Of a DNA stretch of 64,000 nucleotides, positions 1 through 16,882 are shown piece by piece. Positions within the stretch are counted from its first letter, which is position 1; the number at the start of each line of letters is the position of its first letter. The position numbers and the translations under genes were made by a program. The notes under the pieces are model-generated. The model searched no databases, was not told the origin of the DNA, and saw only the letters and a program-made list of their open reading frames with translations. The stretch comes from the human T2T-CHM13v2.0 reference genome, Homo sapiens, in NCBI RefSeq assembly GCF_009914755.1, contig NC_060933.1; one strand, written 5' to 3'.

Positions 1-360
1 TTCACTGTAAAATGCTAAGTGAATTAGGCTGCATATAGAAAATAGGATATTATGCAAACTTTACAAATCATGCATGAAAATGAAATTTAATAATATGATA
101 CAATTCTTATTTTACACACATAAATAAAAATTGAAAACTGCGTAGTGACAGAAATTTGATATAAACTATTCACAAGTTTTAGGCAAGTATATGTACTTGA
201 AGAAAAATTAATCAACCAGAATATAATATGCACTATCTTTGAATTTGTCAATGATATCAATTTTATTTATAATATTGTCTATCACATATTGAATGTTCTA
301 TGTCAGGACATTTCTACCAGCAAAAATTCATAGTTCTCAATCTGAAAATTATTTATTTGA

Positions 361-664
<304 letters not shown>

Positions 665-2339
665 TGACTTTTTAATTAAACTCATCTGGCCAGAGATTAT
701 GGCATTAATAATTGCTAGTTGTCCTGTATATCAAGCCAAGCCTTATTCTAAGTACTACTTGTGAAATTTATCGTTTCACAACATTCTGACAACTCTGCAA
801 AGGAAACATTTTAAAGGATAGTTTATTAAAAATTGGATTCATTCAGTTGATAAAATTATAAAGTCGTAACATTGAGACTTTATCCTGTGCCATGTAACTC
901 CAAAATCCTTGTTTTATAGTACTAATCTCACTTTTCTTTATCCTTTTTTTGTAAAAGTAAAATGTTTTCCTTTATTTAGTATGAATTAAATATGGTCCTA
1001 TGTATATACAATTTACTGTTACCTTTATGCTTCCAAAATTGATTATTTGAAAGGTATATTATTAATTGTTTTATTATTACTATTATTATTTCATTTGATA
1101 GAGTAGAAGGTGTAATAAGAATTAATAAGTAAAAATATTTTGTTACTGATGTACTATTACCACAACTGAAACACTGCAAATTTGACTTCTCTAGCAAAGG
1201 CAAATGTTTTCAGAATATAGAATGATGAGTGTTAAAATGGTTACTTGTGACTGTTCAGAGTTTAAACTGCAGCCCTTAAAATATAATCTGGATTTTTATG
1301 ATTGCTTTTTTGTTATCCTTCCTGTCCCTTTCATAGTCTTTCATTAGTCAGCCCCAAAGGTGATTCATACTGATTAAAAATTATGACACTTCATTTTCAT
1401 AATAGAAACTCATTTCAATTCTACATCCATAAAACTTTAAATTAATAGAAAAATTTTCAGTAAAAAGCATGTCATCAAAAAAAGAATGCTTAACATATCT
1501 GAGCTGACAGTCAAACCACAAACAAAGAAATTTCTAAGAGGCTCATATTCTGACCACAGATTCGTATGCTTTGAAATTCAGTTATATATTATATAGAAAT
1601 ACTGTTTTCTGATTTCTTCATGTCCTGAAGACCTTGGCTTGTACCCTCTTTCATTTACAAATGAGAAGAAATTGTCTTGAATTCTTCCCTGATAAGTATA
1701 GCAAATTTGAGAATGATTGGTCATCTGTGCAAGTCCCATTTTTACTCAGCTGTAAGTCCTAAAGGCTTGAAATCAGAGTCAGGTTCAGATCTATCACATC
1801 GTTACTAATGAAAACAAAATTTCTCTGAATTTGAGACCAAACTTCACTAATTCAAATATAAAATGCCTTGAATTTTCTAAGCTTTGCAACCAGTATATTA
1901 GGCTATTGCCTTTTATTGCTTGTATATGAAGCTGCAGCCTTCCTTTCTATGACATCCCAAGTCCCATTGTGTAGAGAAAATCAATGTTCATAGGCATTCT
2001 TAATTATTTTCTTTCCTTGGAAGGTAAACTTAGTGATGCTGTCTTTAAGAGGTTTAATAGCGTTGTACTAACACATAAGTTTGAGTGCAAGATGGCTTGC
2101 AGTAACAGTGTTGGTTTTGCTGTTTGTCTTTGGAAATTGAACATATATCCTCAATGGACAATTTCCCCATATATAAAATTAGTTTTTTCATCTAATAGTA
2201 AGATATTTGTGAAGATTAAATCAGTCACTAGGTTAAGATGCTTAGAGCAGTGCCTGACTCGTGGTAGTTCTTAATATATATGCAGTGGATTAAAAAAAAT
2301 ATGTACTCATATTATTTGATGATCCTTTGAAAATTAGGA

Positions 2340-3920
2340 TAAATTAAAAGAGAGGAGTATCTAGTCAAATCATCATCAAACTGTTGAAATCAATAGACAA
2401 AAAGAGACTCTGGCAGACAGCAAGAAAAAAGTATTCATAACATACAGCAGATCCTCAATAAGATAAACAGCTGAATTATTTTCAGAAAACATGGAGGCCA
2501 AAATGGAGATGAATGACATATTAAAAAATGCTGAAATAAGAAGACCTTCAATGAAAAATTATGTTTCCAAAAGCTATTTTTCAAAATTAAAGGTAAATTA
2601 ATATTCCCAAATAAACAAAACTGAGATATCACACTGCTGGCAAACAAGAATACTTTGGGAATAAACAATGCTGGCCAAAAAGAATACTTTGGGAATAAGC
2701 AAAAGGATAATAAGCAATAACTCAAATAAAGAAAGAAAAAAAGAAAGGAAGAAAGACCAGCAAAGGTAATTGCATATGTATATGTAAAAGACAACAGGAA
2801 AGCACTTCTACTTGTAACTCCTTTTCTTCTGATTCTAAGACAACTGCATTTGGTGATAATTATAAACCTGTGCTTATGGGTTTATTATGTACGCATAAAT
2901 ATGTAATTTCTTAGACAATAAATAAAGAACGGGAGAAAACAGCTATATTTGAACAAAAGCTGTTACACTATTGAAATTAAGTTGGTATTAATTTGAACTA
3001 GGATTTTAAATTGTTAATTATAATTCTCATGGATAACCATTAAGAATATAACTCAAAAATCTTGTGAAATAAATTCAGATTAAATATTTTTTTAACACAT
3101 ACAGAAATAAAGCACTAATGGAGGAAGAAGTTACCAGAAAAAGATACCAGATGTTAAGGAAGAAAATAGGCATATAAAATAAAAATCTTACCTAATCAGT
3201 AATTATACTAAATGTAATTGAATTAATCACTCCTATCGAAAGACAGAGATTTGCACAAGGATAAACATAGTATAGTTTTCAATAGTAGACAATTCATAGA
3301 CATATAGATCACTAGGACAGAATTAAAAGCCCAGAATTGACATACATATTTATAGGTACTTGGTTTTTGACAAGGCTGCCAACAAAATATATTTTAGTAA
3401 GGTTACTTTTTCCTATCAATAGTGATAAAGCAATTGGATATTTATATGGGATAAAATACACAAACCCCAAGTCTACCTTACACCATATAGAAAAGTTAAT
3501 TTGAGATTGAATAGAGATTTAAGCCTGTTAATATGATTAATGTTAAAGCTGAAACAATAAAACATTCTAGAATGTTTGTAAATACATTTATAAATACATT
3601 TAGAGGAACATCTATATGACTTTGCAGTACCAAAGTATTTTTACAATGGTAATGCACATAAAATAATACTCATACAAAAGAAATTTATAATGTACGTTAA
3701 TTGAAGTGGAGATTATTTGTCAATCAGATTATTCATCAAATGAATAGGTGATTCTGAGAGAGAGAAGGTATTTTGGATACACGCATATGAAAATGATTTG
3801 TATTCAGAATATATAAAGAATACTAGAAATCAACTAAAAAGCTAAATAACACAATTTAAAAATGGGTCAAAGTTTTCTTCAAAGCACTTCACAGATGAGT
3901 TTAAATAATAAATCAGCATA
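2340..3920 (+). mobile_element. Old L1M fragment: ORF1 3' part and ORF2 start joined to the ORF2 3' region
   Basis: ORF1-like sequence (aacagctgaattattttcagaaaacatggaggcc), ORF2 start-like sequence near 3195-3265, then ORF2 3'-like sequence (gacatatagatcactaggacagaatt...tttttgacaaggctgcc). Confidence 0.75.
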
Positions 3921-4192
3921 GGTAGAAGGTGCAGCAAAGGATACACATGTGAAGCACGCAGACCTGGTTGAGCCTTGCAGACTGATCTGTGTATGAGCTC
4001 TGGCTAATAATTTTAGTTAAAATGGAAATTCTGGAAAAAAACTGACTGAAATTAACCCAAGCAAAATGTCTTTGCGTTTTTTATTTCATAGATTTCAACT
4101 TGTGTCCCATAGTGCTATTAGGCATACTACTAATGTTTTTTCCTCATTCTCCCCTCCATGCTCAGTCAGAGTGCTGTCCTTGGAATTACCTT

Positions 4193-4244
4193 TTATCTTT
4201 TCTTCTATAAACAACTTAAACTTATCTTTTCTTCTATAAACAAC
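4193..4244. repeat. Tandem duplication with a period of about 29 bp
   Basis: ttatcttttcttctataaacaac occurs twice in tandem. Confidence 0.85.
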
Positions 4245-7049
4245 ATAAAGTTTTATTTCTAGAAAGCTTTCCTTGAATACAGTCTGATTTGGGCATACAT
4301 CTATTCTGTTCCCATATGACTATGCACATTTCTTTATCATGACATTTATCTCACTATGAAATAAATATTCATGAACATTTCCATGTCTTCTATTAGATAC
4401 AGAGTTGATTGAAGGAAACACCCGGCACCATATGGTCCTTTGTGGGTATGAAGTTAAAATGTTTGTGATTTTTTTTTGGAATGAATTTATGGTAATTAGG
4501 TAAAAATACAAATACTATGTATTTGATGGAATGGCTGATCAGTAAATAGATTTGTTATCTGTGCAGTGAGAAAATGAGCGTATTGACTAAGTTTAAAAGA
4601 TAATGTAAGATCAACTTTAGTCTTATCACAGACAGTGATTAAATAGTAGACCTAAAAGTGTATATTTAGAGCAAAAAAATTGCTAATATTTAATCACCCA
4701 CTATTTACCACATTGGGCTGTTTATCAATATTATAAAAGGAAGTTAATATTACTCAATATGAAATCTTATTTAATCAAAATATGTAAAGGTGGGCACAGA
4801 AATTAGGCTTTGTCAGCTCAAATGAACCACTAGCCACATAGTTCTTGTCTAAAGGTGGTATATAATTAACAACATAACATTCAGCACAAATCAATAAAAG
4901 ATCATTCAGATTTCCTTATCATAACAATATAAGAAGTGGTGAGGTTTCTAACAGCATATTAGACAGTCTCCCTACCCTCAGTGTTTCTCTACCTCAGACC
5001 TCTGTGAACATTTCGACTGAATTAAAATCTATTTGTCAGGGAGCAGTTTTAGGAACACTTCAACCCCCCAAGAGAACCTTTTTTGTTGGTAATGTTGTTC
5101 CCTTAGAGAAAGTGTGTCTCTCTTTGAGCCTTACTTCCGAAGACCAATTACCTAAACAACATTACTATCCTATCTTTAAGCGCATCTTACCTTGAGCCTT
5201 TATGTAGACTGTGCAAATTTAATTATATACTAGATTCAATTATTTATATCCCTCACATAAACACTGTAAAATAGCTCTCCTGTTTATTTTTATTCATCTT
5301 TCTGCACAGTAAACTCCATTATAGTTATGGTTTGCTCTAAAGCCGTGTTTAATAGGACAATCAGGTCACCTCATATTCAGACATATGTAATCATCTTTTA
5401 TGGGTGACTGGTCACAAATTTAATGAATTTACATGAATGTTGTGCATGGTTTCCTACAGAGAATGGTCATGCCCTCTCAATTGTCTAGAAGTACATCTAA
5501 TTGTCATGCATTGCTACACATATGCTTTTTTTTTTCATAAAAATCGATAATACCCTCTGTGGGATCTTGGATTTGAGTTTCAATATGTTTAGGCAATAAT
5601 TGTCTGTGTAGTTGAATTATGCAAAGAAGTAAACAATTTCTGAATCAATCAACACCTAGATTGCTGGTCTAGTTGTTTATTGATTTTTGAGCCATTTTCC
5701 CTAAGTCAAAACAAAAATATTAAAAAATAATTGTTATTCTGATAATATTCCCAGGGCAAATTTACTCTCATGTCATTGTCTTACAAAAGTCAAATACGTT
5801 TGATAGATGTATCTCACTCTTGCTCGTTTTATAATTTTTCATGTTTCATATGCAGAAATCTACACATATCATACATATTTCATAAATGACACTCTATAAC
5901 CTTTTGGGAAACACACACAATTAGGATGATATCTTCTAAAGGATACCTATTTTCCTGCTTTCATTTTGTGGCATGTAAGATAAATGGGATAGCACCTTGC
6001 ACATCATGTGTGGCATCTACAATTCCACTATTAACCATATATATGACGCAAGTGCACAGAAATCTAAGGAACATTAAACATTTAATTTTCTAAAGTTATG
6101 TAGGACCTTCTTAAGTTATAGCAATGCTAAAAAATAAAGTATAATCACAGGTATAAATACACATATATGTATACATTTTAAAAGTAATCATCTCTAAACT
6201 CTTTCAACCCAGGTAACAATGTGAGTTTGGTGAACTCTGAGCATATTGTAAAGGAAGTCCGGTAAGAGATAAAAGATAGAAGCCCAGGAAACATTTAAAA
6301 AAAAAAAAAAGCTGAGTTAAATACTAATTATTTCACTATTCAATGTCTATAACAATTTAATATGCTAACATCTATTGGAATTAACTGAACATAAAGAAAA
6401 GCATAAAGGAAGCAGAATTTTCCAAACCTGTTTGATTTGGGCACCTCATTTTCAAGGAACACTTCATTGAACCAATTTTTAATAAAACACATTTTAGGAT
6501 ATATTAGCTTTTATAATGACGTGGTGAGCCAAAATTAGTATGTAGAATCAATTTCCAAAAATTACACAAATTAAGATGTGCTCAAATTTTAAAAATCAGC
6601 ATTAAGTATTTTAGTATTGTATTACTAATGCTTTAAAAGAAATTTGAGATTGCCTAAATTGACTCCTTTATTATTTGTAGAGATGAGAAAAAAAGATGTT
6701 CAGAATGGTTATGTGGGTTCTTACAGCCATACATTTATTTAATGGCAGAAGTAGTTCTATGACCAAGTTTATTGGAGATGGCAAAGAATCAAAGCAACAG
6801 TTTGGCAATTTACAATGCAAAGTATGCCAAGCCCAGCTGATTGAGTGCAGGAGACCTATTTATGCAGAGAAAAATATAGAAAATAGAGTTAATGGTTACA
6901 GTGAATAGGAGAGTGAGAGAAGGTAAGAGAGTTAAAGACATACATTTCACAGAAAAATTTTTATTTTTCTATGAGAGCCAAAGGACTTATATAATCCAAA
7001 ATGAATGTTAAAGGTATGATAAACAGCAAAATGAAAGCAGACAAACCTA

Positions 7050-7230
7050 GGTAGAATCCAGGTTACTTTGACAAGTAAAATAAACTCACTGATTTCCATT
7101 TTTTTTGATAAAATATAACTATTATATCACGTAGTTATTATGATATAACTATTATATCACATAGATTAAATACAATAAGCCAAACCTTTGGCATATGACA
7201 GGTGGCTAATAATAAGTTGTTATTATAGGT
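7050..7230 (+). mobile_element. MIR fragment containing a short internal duplication
   Basis: Degenerate MIR core and 3' end (tttggcatatgacaggtggctaataataag). atataactattatatcac is duplicated. Confidence 0.5.
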
Positions 7231-9486
7231 ATTGTATAGCATTTAGCACTAACAGACAATGAATATTTTCTGACTTTCATAAGAACATTTTTTGTTGTTG
7301 TTCAAACTTTTATTAAGGTAGATTTATTCTGGGTAGTTTAGCTTGTACATTCACTCAAACAAACTTCCCAAAAGACAACATTAAAAATGAAAACACATAT
7401 TCTTAAAACTGTTACTACATACTCAGGGCCATGTTACAATAGTCAAGCAGGTATTTGTAATATAAATGCACTGTTTGAAAAAGTATGGCTGGTCTATGGA
7501 AATCTACCCCTGTAACTGGCAGGGAATCTTGTAGTAAAGCAGGCCATTTATGGGAAAAAGAAAATAGTAGCTAAAGGTGTAAGATGGCTTTCCAAGCTCT
7601 GTCAACATGGCATTCTTTGCTGGATGTTCATATCATTATCTATATAATAGAAGGGATTTAGTGACAAAGTGAAGATGAGTAATTTTGTTAAAGCCAAAGT
7701 TGTTTCAGTGTTGTCTGCTATAAGTATTTTAATAATGATATTTAATTAAAAGTGAATCAACAAGCTATATGTAACTGCAGTAATATAGAAATTCAAAGGA
7801 AAGATAATGGTAATATGATTGACAATATCATATGGGCAAAAATCAAGGCTCTCAAGACCATCTGTTTACCTAGGTAGTTAGTATCTCAGAATTGTCTCTC
7901 CTGTAGATCTACTACACTCTCCTACTTCCTTTAATGTTTATTTTCTGTGAGGAAATTGATGTTGCACCCCTAGTTTTACCTTTTTCTTACTATTCCTTAT
8001 AGACTTTTGCATTTAATAGGCAGAATTGGAAAAATTCAGAAAATAAAACTTGTTAAAATTGGAGGTAGATTAATTAGTAAACATCAGAGCATTCATTCTA
8101 TTTAAAGTTTATTTCCTTTTATAAAGTTCCTCCAAAGGATACTGTTACTTTCCAATCCTTCCCATGGTCTACAAGAGTATGTCAAGCCAGCCCCCATAAC
8201 ATTCTCTTCCCTTTGCCTGTGTTTAACCATATTGTCCTTTTTTGGTGAGGTCCATTTCCTCATAAACAATTTCCCTGATACCAATAACACATCTATTCCC
8301 ACTCTGTTGCCCACAGAATCCTATATTTATCTTTCATAAATGCATCACAGTATGTAATTGTGTTTGAGATTATTTGAATAATTATTTCATTTCACTAAAA
8401 TAAAAGAGCTATAATGGTAGACAATGGCACAAAGTTGTCAATACATAGTTTTGAATAATCAATATTCCATAATTGTACAATAGATTGTCCAAACCTGTAT
8501 TATTTCTTCAAAGATTATGGAACTTTTCTAATGCTGACAATGGTTTATAAAAATAAAAAAGTGATTTAATTCATTATTTTGAAAAATCTATAATTTTAGC
8601 CTAATTGTTCATAGTTTCATATTGCTTTGTCCTTTTGCCTTATCTACTTGGGGTCTTGGTTCCATTAAAACTGAGAAACAATTCCAGACTTATCCAAACT
8701 CATTTTGACACCAAGAAATGAAAAAAAAAAAAAAAAAAAGATCATGGAAGGGCTTCTTCACGTACTAAGGATGTGACCTTTGGTTATATCAAAAAGAGTT
8801 TCACTTTATCTCAAGGTCTCCAAAGCTTGACAGCAATATTCTCTACCTGTCACTTATCTTTGTCTCTTAAATAAATTAAGTATTGCTGTGACTGCTGAGA
8901 ACTGTCATCTTTTCTTCTTCATAAGCATATATAAGATAAAAAATTTTTAAAAACTAGTTTTGCTTTGACCTTCCTGGAGATGACATATGCGAATAGGACC
9001 TTGTGTGGAGGGGCACAGCATTCTCTTTGCTGGTGAGTTCATAATGGAATATTAATGTCCGCTCCCTTGTCTCACGTTAAACTACATTTTACTAACTGAT
9101 TTTCTTAGTTTTACTAAAGTACCCTAAAGAGACAGAAAATATATTATATTATCACATTAAAATATTGTTTATAGGATATTTTGTTTTTTATTTAAGCGTT
9201 TATAATAAATTGTGAAGCTTTCCTTCAGCATTGAAAAAGTAGTTCTGAAAATAAAACTATTTGGGAAGAAAGTAAAATCTAAGAAAAATCTTTTTATCAG
9301 TTTTCCGCAAGTACACACACACACACAGTTAGTTGTAATATATATACAAATACTTTCATATGTATGTTTTCATCGATTTGTAATACATAACAAAACATAA
9401 TTTATATATAATACATAACATATATATGTATACACTCCCCAGCAATCTAATTAATCAAATATTAATGTGTGTGTGTATATTATGCA

Positions 9487-10140
9487 GGGACACCTACTCA
9501 ACAACAGTACACAGACCAATTCCCTTTGTGAAAAATTCAGAAACATATTAAGAGTCTTTTGCACACCCAGGGAGCACAAAATTGGCTGCATCAAAGCTGG
9601 TAAAAATTTTTGTGGCACTTACTTGTCATAGTTTCTCCCCACCAGCACAGTGCAGTGCCATTAGGAGAAGACTCCCAGCTTTTAACTTCTTCCTAGGAAG
9701 GCAAAGAGAAGACTAAAACATGTATTCAATATTCATACTTTTAGGGGGGCTGAAGAACTGATTTCTGCTGTCTTGTCTGAATTGAAGTGCTAACAGGAAA
9801 GAGTGCGAGCTTGGAGGCCATGAAGAAAAAGTACAGGTTGGGGGGAGGATTAGATTATCATGCATTCACTCACAATGGTCCCTTTCCGCTTAGCACAGCA
9901 AGATGATTAGGAGAAAAAACTCCCAACTCATGGTCTCTTCTTGAAAAGGAAAAGACAGAGAATGCTTCCAAAGTTTTGGGTTTTCAGAGGGTTGTCTGAG
10001 GGACAGGTATTTGTCTCTCCAGTCTTAGTATGGTAAGGGAACATGGCATATTCTAGGTTCCTTGGGACCACTAAGAACAAAAGAGATCTGGGTAGCTAAC
10101 TGCTGCAGACACAATATGACTTGGTAACCTCTTGCTCAGA
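9487..10140 (+). mobile_element. Old L1M 5'UTR-like segment
   Basis: Resembles recalled L1M/L1MA 5' ends (caattccctttgtgaaaaattcag...actcccagct), with an internal repeated subunit (ttaggagaa...actccca at about 9661 and 9908). Confidence 0.55.
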
Positions 10141-12382
<2,242 letters not shown>

Positions 12383-12599
12383 GCGTTAATCTTTTGGTAA
12401 GAAAATATTAAGCCTGTGAACCATGTTTTTACCATGATGTTCTTTTACATCCAGATTTTTCAGCTAGTGAATAAAGGCCCAGGGTTTCAAATCAGCCCTA
12501 ACTTTCAAACCTGTGCAGTTCTTATTATACAATGATACAAAACTACTGTGATTCCATTACATTTTTATAAATATAGTAAGCCACCAAACATGTATTTCC

Positions 12600-12775
12600 C
12601 TGTTTCGTCACTAGATATGTGAACTTGAAACCATCATGCATCTGCTCTGTTCCTCAATGACCACATGTGTAAATGAAGATCATATTATTTATCTCATGAG
12701 GTTATTGTTAGTAGTAAATGAGATAGCATGTAAAGGCCATATAATGTATTCAACTATCAAGCATTGAATATGATT
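12600..12775 (+). mobile_element. MIR
   Basis: MIR core: ctagatatgtgaacttg...ttcctca...gtaaatgaag...ctcatgaggttattgttagtagtaaatgagat. Confidence 0.65.
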
Positions 12776-13384
12776 ATAACTTTCACCTTTGTCAAATATG
12801 TGAAACCTACAAATGTTTAAAATTATTAATTTAAACTTTCACTTATACGACCCATGGAGGGAATTGAATCAAATATATGCTAATGGAAAGACTGACATAT
12901 CTTTTTATTTAGGAGTTTGGAGCTGTGAAGAATTTCACACTAAGTAATGTGAAAGAAATTTCATCACTTAAAAATATAAGCTGATAGATTAGTCACCTGT
13001 TCCTAGAGGCAATACTTATATTTGCTTTCCAAGCTGTCCATTAATTGGGTTTTATCAGAACTAGTTCCTGGCATTGAGATTACCGAGATAGATAATGTAG
13101 AAGATGTTCTTAATGCATGAAATTCAAAGGACTATAAATAGAATCTGAGCAGGCACATCTCCAGACGTGCCTTGGTAAATAAATACACTGGTGGTTTATC
13201 CAGCATATTTGACAACCAGTCTAAATAATTTTTTAAACTTCCTCTTCTTTATATGAAAAAAAATTAACAATTTTGTAATAATAATAATCATCTCATAGAT
13301 TATTTAAAAACAAAATATATTTCATTTAAAATTTACTACTTAAATTTAATAAAATATTTTATGTATGTTTTCTGATGGAAACCC

Positions 13385-13788
13385 TAAGAGACAGGATAAA
13401 CTACCCCCCAGTATTTGGTCTGAATGTCAAGACTAATGATGCCATATAAGCACCAAGATTATATGGCAAAGTTTATTAGTCACATAATTATATTTTCCTG
13501 GAAGAGTAAGGCAGGCATACCAAGCAGGTCTGAAAATGTCTTGACATAGCAGGAGATGGATATTGGCTGAATATGTTATGGCGATTGAGAAATGAAATTG
13601 CGTTAGAGTTCCCATGCATGGGTAGGGGGTTGTGTGATTTGAACTTCCAGCTGGTGCCAAGGAAGAGAGTGTTCTGACTTTCTTATAAACTTGCTCAAAT
13701 GTGAGTCAGAAGGAGTGGAGAGTGGGTTGGGGTGTTAAAGCTCTCAGCAGTTAAACATCAAAAATGGAATTGGACCCTTTTTCATAAT
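13385..13788 (-). mobile_element. ERVL-class solo LTR (MER73/LTR47-like; family uncertain)
   Basis: The minus strand starts ...aagggtccaattccatttttgatgtttaactgctgagagcttt, matching a recalled LTR 5' end. Same family as 27250-27611. Confidence 0.65.
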
Positions 13789-14879
13789 GGTCTAAAATTA
13801 GATCCTAACAATTATATTACATATTCCACTTCGCACTTGACCATCTTAAATTATATACACATATACAAACTTCATGTAGTGATACAGAATACCCAAATTG
13901 AAGCAGCCAACTTAAGCTGTATGCTATTTGTGTTCATTTTGAATCTGTTTGTATGCAACAATACATAATATCGCAGATTGGAGACATGCAGAATGCTGAA
14001 ATCAAGTTAGAAACACGCCACAACAACATTTTACTCTCAAAATTAACATGTATGTGTAACTGAATCTTCATGTGTCTGAGGCCAGCAAAATAATTTTGGA
14101 TTATCTGAGTTAAACACCAGGTAGAATACAATATTTATTAAAGTATTTGTAATATAAATGCAATACTTTGAAGTTTAAACATGTTATCACTAAAACGCTA
14201 CAGCAACCAAAACAATTTAAAACTTTGACCAACAAAATATTTATTTTAGAAGAAGAATATTTTATCACTAATGCTGTTTAGAATTGCCTACCCATGATTC
14301 TAATAAAAAGGAGATCAACCTTTAGTTTGTTTTACACTTTTCAAATTCTCTACAAACACTGCACCCTCTCATTGCCTGTACCAGGGTGAATCAGCATAAT
14401 AGTCCTGGCCTTACTACTCCTATGGAGGATAAAGTTTTCATTTTCCTATGAGAAAGCATGCATCAAATGGCATTTAGAAACATCCTAAAGAGAGTAACAT
14501 GTTGATTGCTTGTCTGAGAGTAAGTTCTGATGGAAGGAATGGCAAAAGGGAGGGTGGGAGGCCAGCATACATCTGTGCAGGAAAAGAGCCACTAGTGACA
14601 AAGAGGTAATTAAAAATGTGCTCTGGAACTCAAAAGACATGTTTTCTACCTTCATAATTATGCTTCAGGCTAACATGATTATGTGGGCACCATGAGGACC
14701 TGGTAACTACATCAGCGCATATTCATTCATCTCCAAATTTGTGTCTAACACAACATTGGGACTTCTAATGCTTTATCAATTAATGATTTTTTAAATTTTA
14801 ATTATAACTGACTTATCTTTTTGTTACTTTTGAACACCAAACTATCTTAAAAGCATAAAATGTTTCCCTATTTATGACT

Positions 14880-15330
14880 GATTAAAAATACATCCCAGGG
14901 AAACTAAGAGTTTGTTTTGGTGAGATAATGCCCTTTCTACACACCTAGTCATCTACAGTGTCTACCTTATTTTCTCTCTTAAATTGACAATCTGGCTGAC
15001 AGAGTCTTGCCTTCATCCTTTCACCTCAAGGATGAAACCTCCAAGTGGGAAACTTTTTACAAGGCTGCACAAACTGTCTATGTACTTCTGGCCACCAAAT
15101 AAATTCGCTCAGGTTCCAGGTCAACCTTGACAGTGTGCAAACCATTATAGTAGGTGGTTTGCAGTATACAAATGTGAAGCAGAAGCAGGCTTTTTCTGCA
15201 CAGGTCAAAATATAATTCTTGTTGAAAGGTGTGTTAAAGTTCATCTCAGTCTCCACAGACTTAGGTAATGTGAATTGGCATATCCTGATATATGAAGAGA
15301 TGGCAAGTACCCTAAGCATGTGTATTCTTA
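14880..15330 (-). pseudogene. Decayed PHD finger followed by a PWWP domain (includes the 97-aa open frame 15026-15319)
   Basis: ORF track: RICQ...ILTCAEKACFCFTFVYCKPPTIMVCTLS then LTWNLSEFIWWPEV...FPTWRF. Neighbouring frames supply LHIC (FHxxC-like) and W-F-A-H-C-Q (WxCxxC-like). Confidence 0.6.
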
Positions 15331-15809
15331 TGAACTTCAGTTTTACCTTTATGAATTTGTCCTGAGAAAAGAATGAGGGATATATACATAAATTTAACTA
15401 CAAAACTACTCATTGAAGCATGATAACTATTTCAACTGACCAACATATATGATTGGGTAATAACAGCTGACATTTTTTTTCCATGTGTCAGAAAATGCAT
15501 CTCATTATTCACTCTGCAGAGGCACAGAACATGTCAGGACCTTGCCCAGGATCAAATACCTAGAAGATAGAGGGTGGGATGGTGTCCCAGCATCTGTGAA
15601 CTTAGCTAGTATGTTGTTATCCCAGTTCCACAGAGAGACAGCTCTGACTCATCTTATGGTTTAGAATTCAGTATAGGAGCCATTTCCTCAGCAAGGAGGC
15701 ATTTTCTAAGAGCTGTACCTAAATCTCCCTCTACCCTTCACTTCTTCATCACAGTAGACTATTTATTTCACTCATTTTATTTATCTGAGTACATTTTTTC
15801 CTAGATCAG

Positions 15810-16510
15810 TGTTAACAATTTTATCGAAATGTGCCAAAAAGGATCCCATCATAGTAGTGTACAATTAAATGTTTAGCAAATTTGTGGAATTGGCTAACCA
15901 TCACCACAAACCAGTTTCAAAACATTTTAATCACCTCCATAAAGTACACTGAGACAATTTGCAATCAACCCTAGCTTACACTCTCGGCTCCAAAAAAATA
16001 CTTTCTGTATTAATAAATTTGTCTTTTCCAGACATTTAATATAAACAAAACAGAAATATTTTTGTGTGTAGTTTTTTTTATTTATGTTGTGGCACATATG
16101 GTTTTCTGTTTCTTTTTATTGTTGAATGGTATTTCATTATATGACTATAACGCATGTTATCCATTCACCATTTGATTGGCATTTGGATTGTTTTGACTTT
16201 TTAGCTGTAACAGATAATACTGTGAACACTTACACAAGTCTCTGTGTAGACATACACTTTCATTTCTCTTGTATAGATGTGTAGAAGTGATATTATTGGG
16301 TTGTATGGTTATATTATGTTGAACTTTTTAAGAAAATGCTAAGATGTTTTTCAAAGTGGTTGTACCATTTTATATTACCACCAACATCAAGGCTTTAGTT
16401 CTTCTACACTTCGCCACACTTGGTGTGGTCTTTGGATTATAACTCCTTGAGTGGGTGTGCAATGGTATCTAATCTTGATTTTAATTTTCATTTCCTTAAC
16501 TAATAAATAT
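15810..16510 (-). mobile_element. Old L1M (L1MD/ME-like) 3' end
   Basis: gtgtacaatt...aaccatcaccacaaaccagtttcaaaacattttaatcacc; ccattcaccatttgattggcatttggattg; caaagtggttgtaccattttata. Confidence 0.8.
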
Positions 16511-16514
16511 TTCA

Positions 16515-16865
16515 ACTTATTGCATATTTAGTCTTCCATGATAGAATATAAGTAAGTTCTTAGAGAGCAGGGACCGTAACTGTGTTTTTCTAGTAGGGTG
16601 GTAATACACTGACAGCACTAATTTTTCAGTGATAGAATACATAATAAAATACTTTGTAGGAATTAAAGTGATTCTTATGAGGAATGTTAAATTCCCTTAA
16701 TATGTACAAGTTATATTCAGTGAATTAAAAGTGGATCATAAAATATGTATAGGCTGACTTATAATTCATAAAATATATATCTACATTAAAATGTTAATGA
16801 TTATTTCTGGATGGTGTGCTTAGTGGCCAGTCTATCCTATATATAATTTATACAATAAAGTAAAA
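16515..16865 (+). mobile_element. L2 3' fragment followed by an L1ME 3' fragment
   Basis: agaatataagtaagttcttagagagcagggacc is an L2 tail. aaaatgttaatgattatttctggatggtg is an L1ME 3'UTR motif. Confidence 0.5.
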
Positions 16866-16882
16866 GGCTTAAATATTAATTT

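Noticed and set aside
8721-8739. A19 run as the tail of a processed pseudogene
   Set aside because: No poly(A) signal at the right distance, no TSD and no recognisable body.
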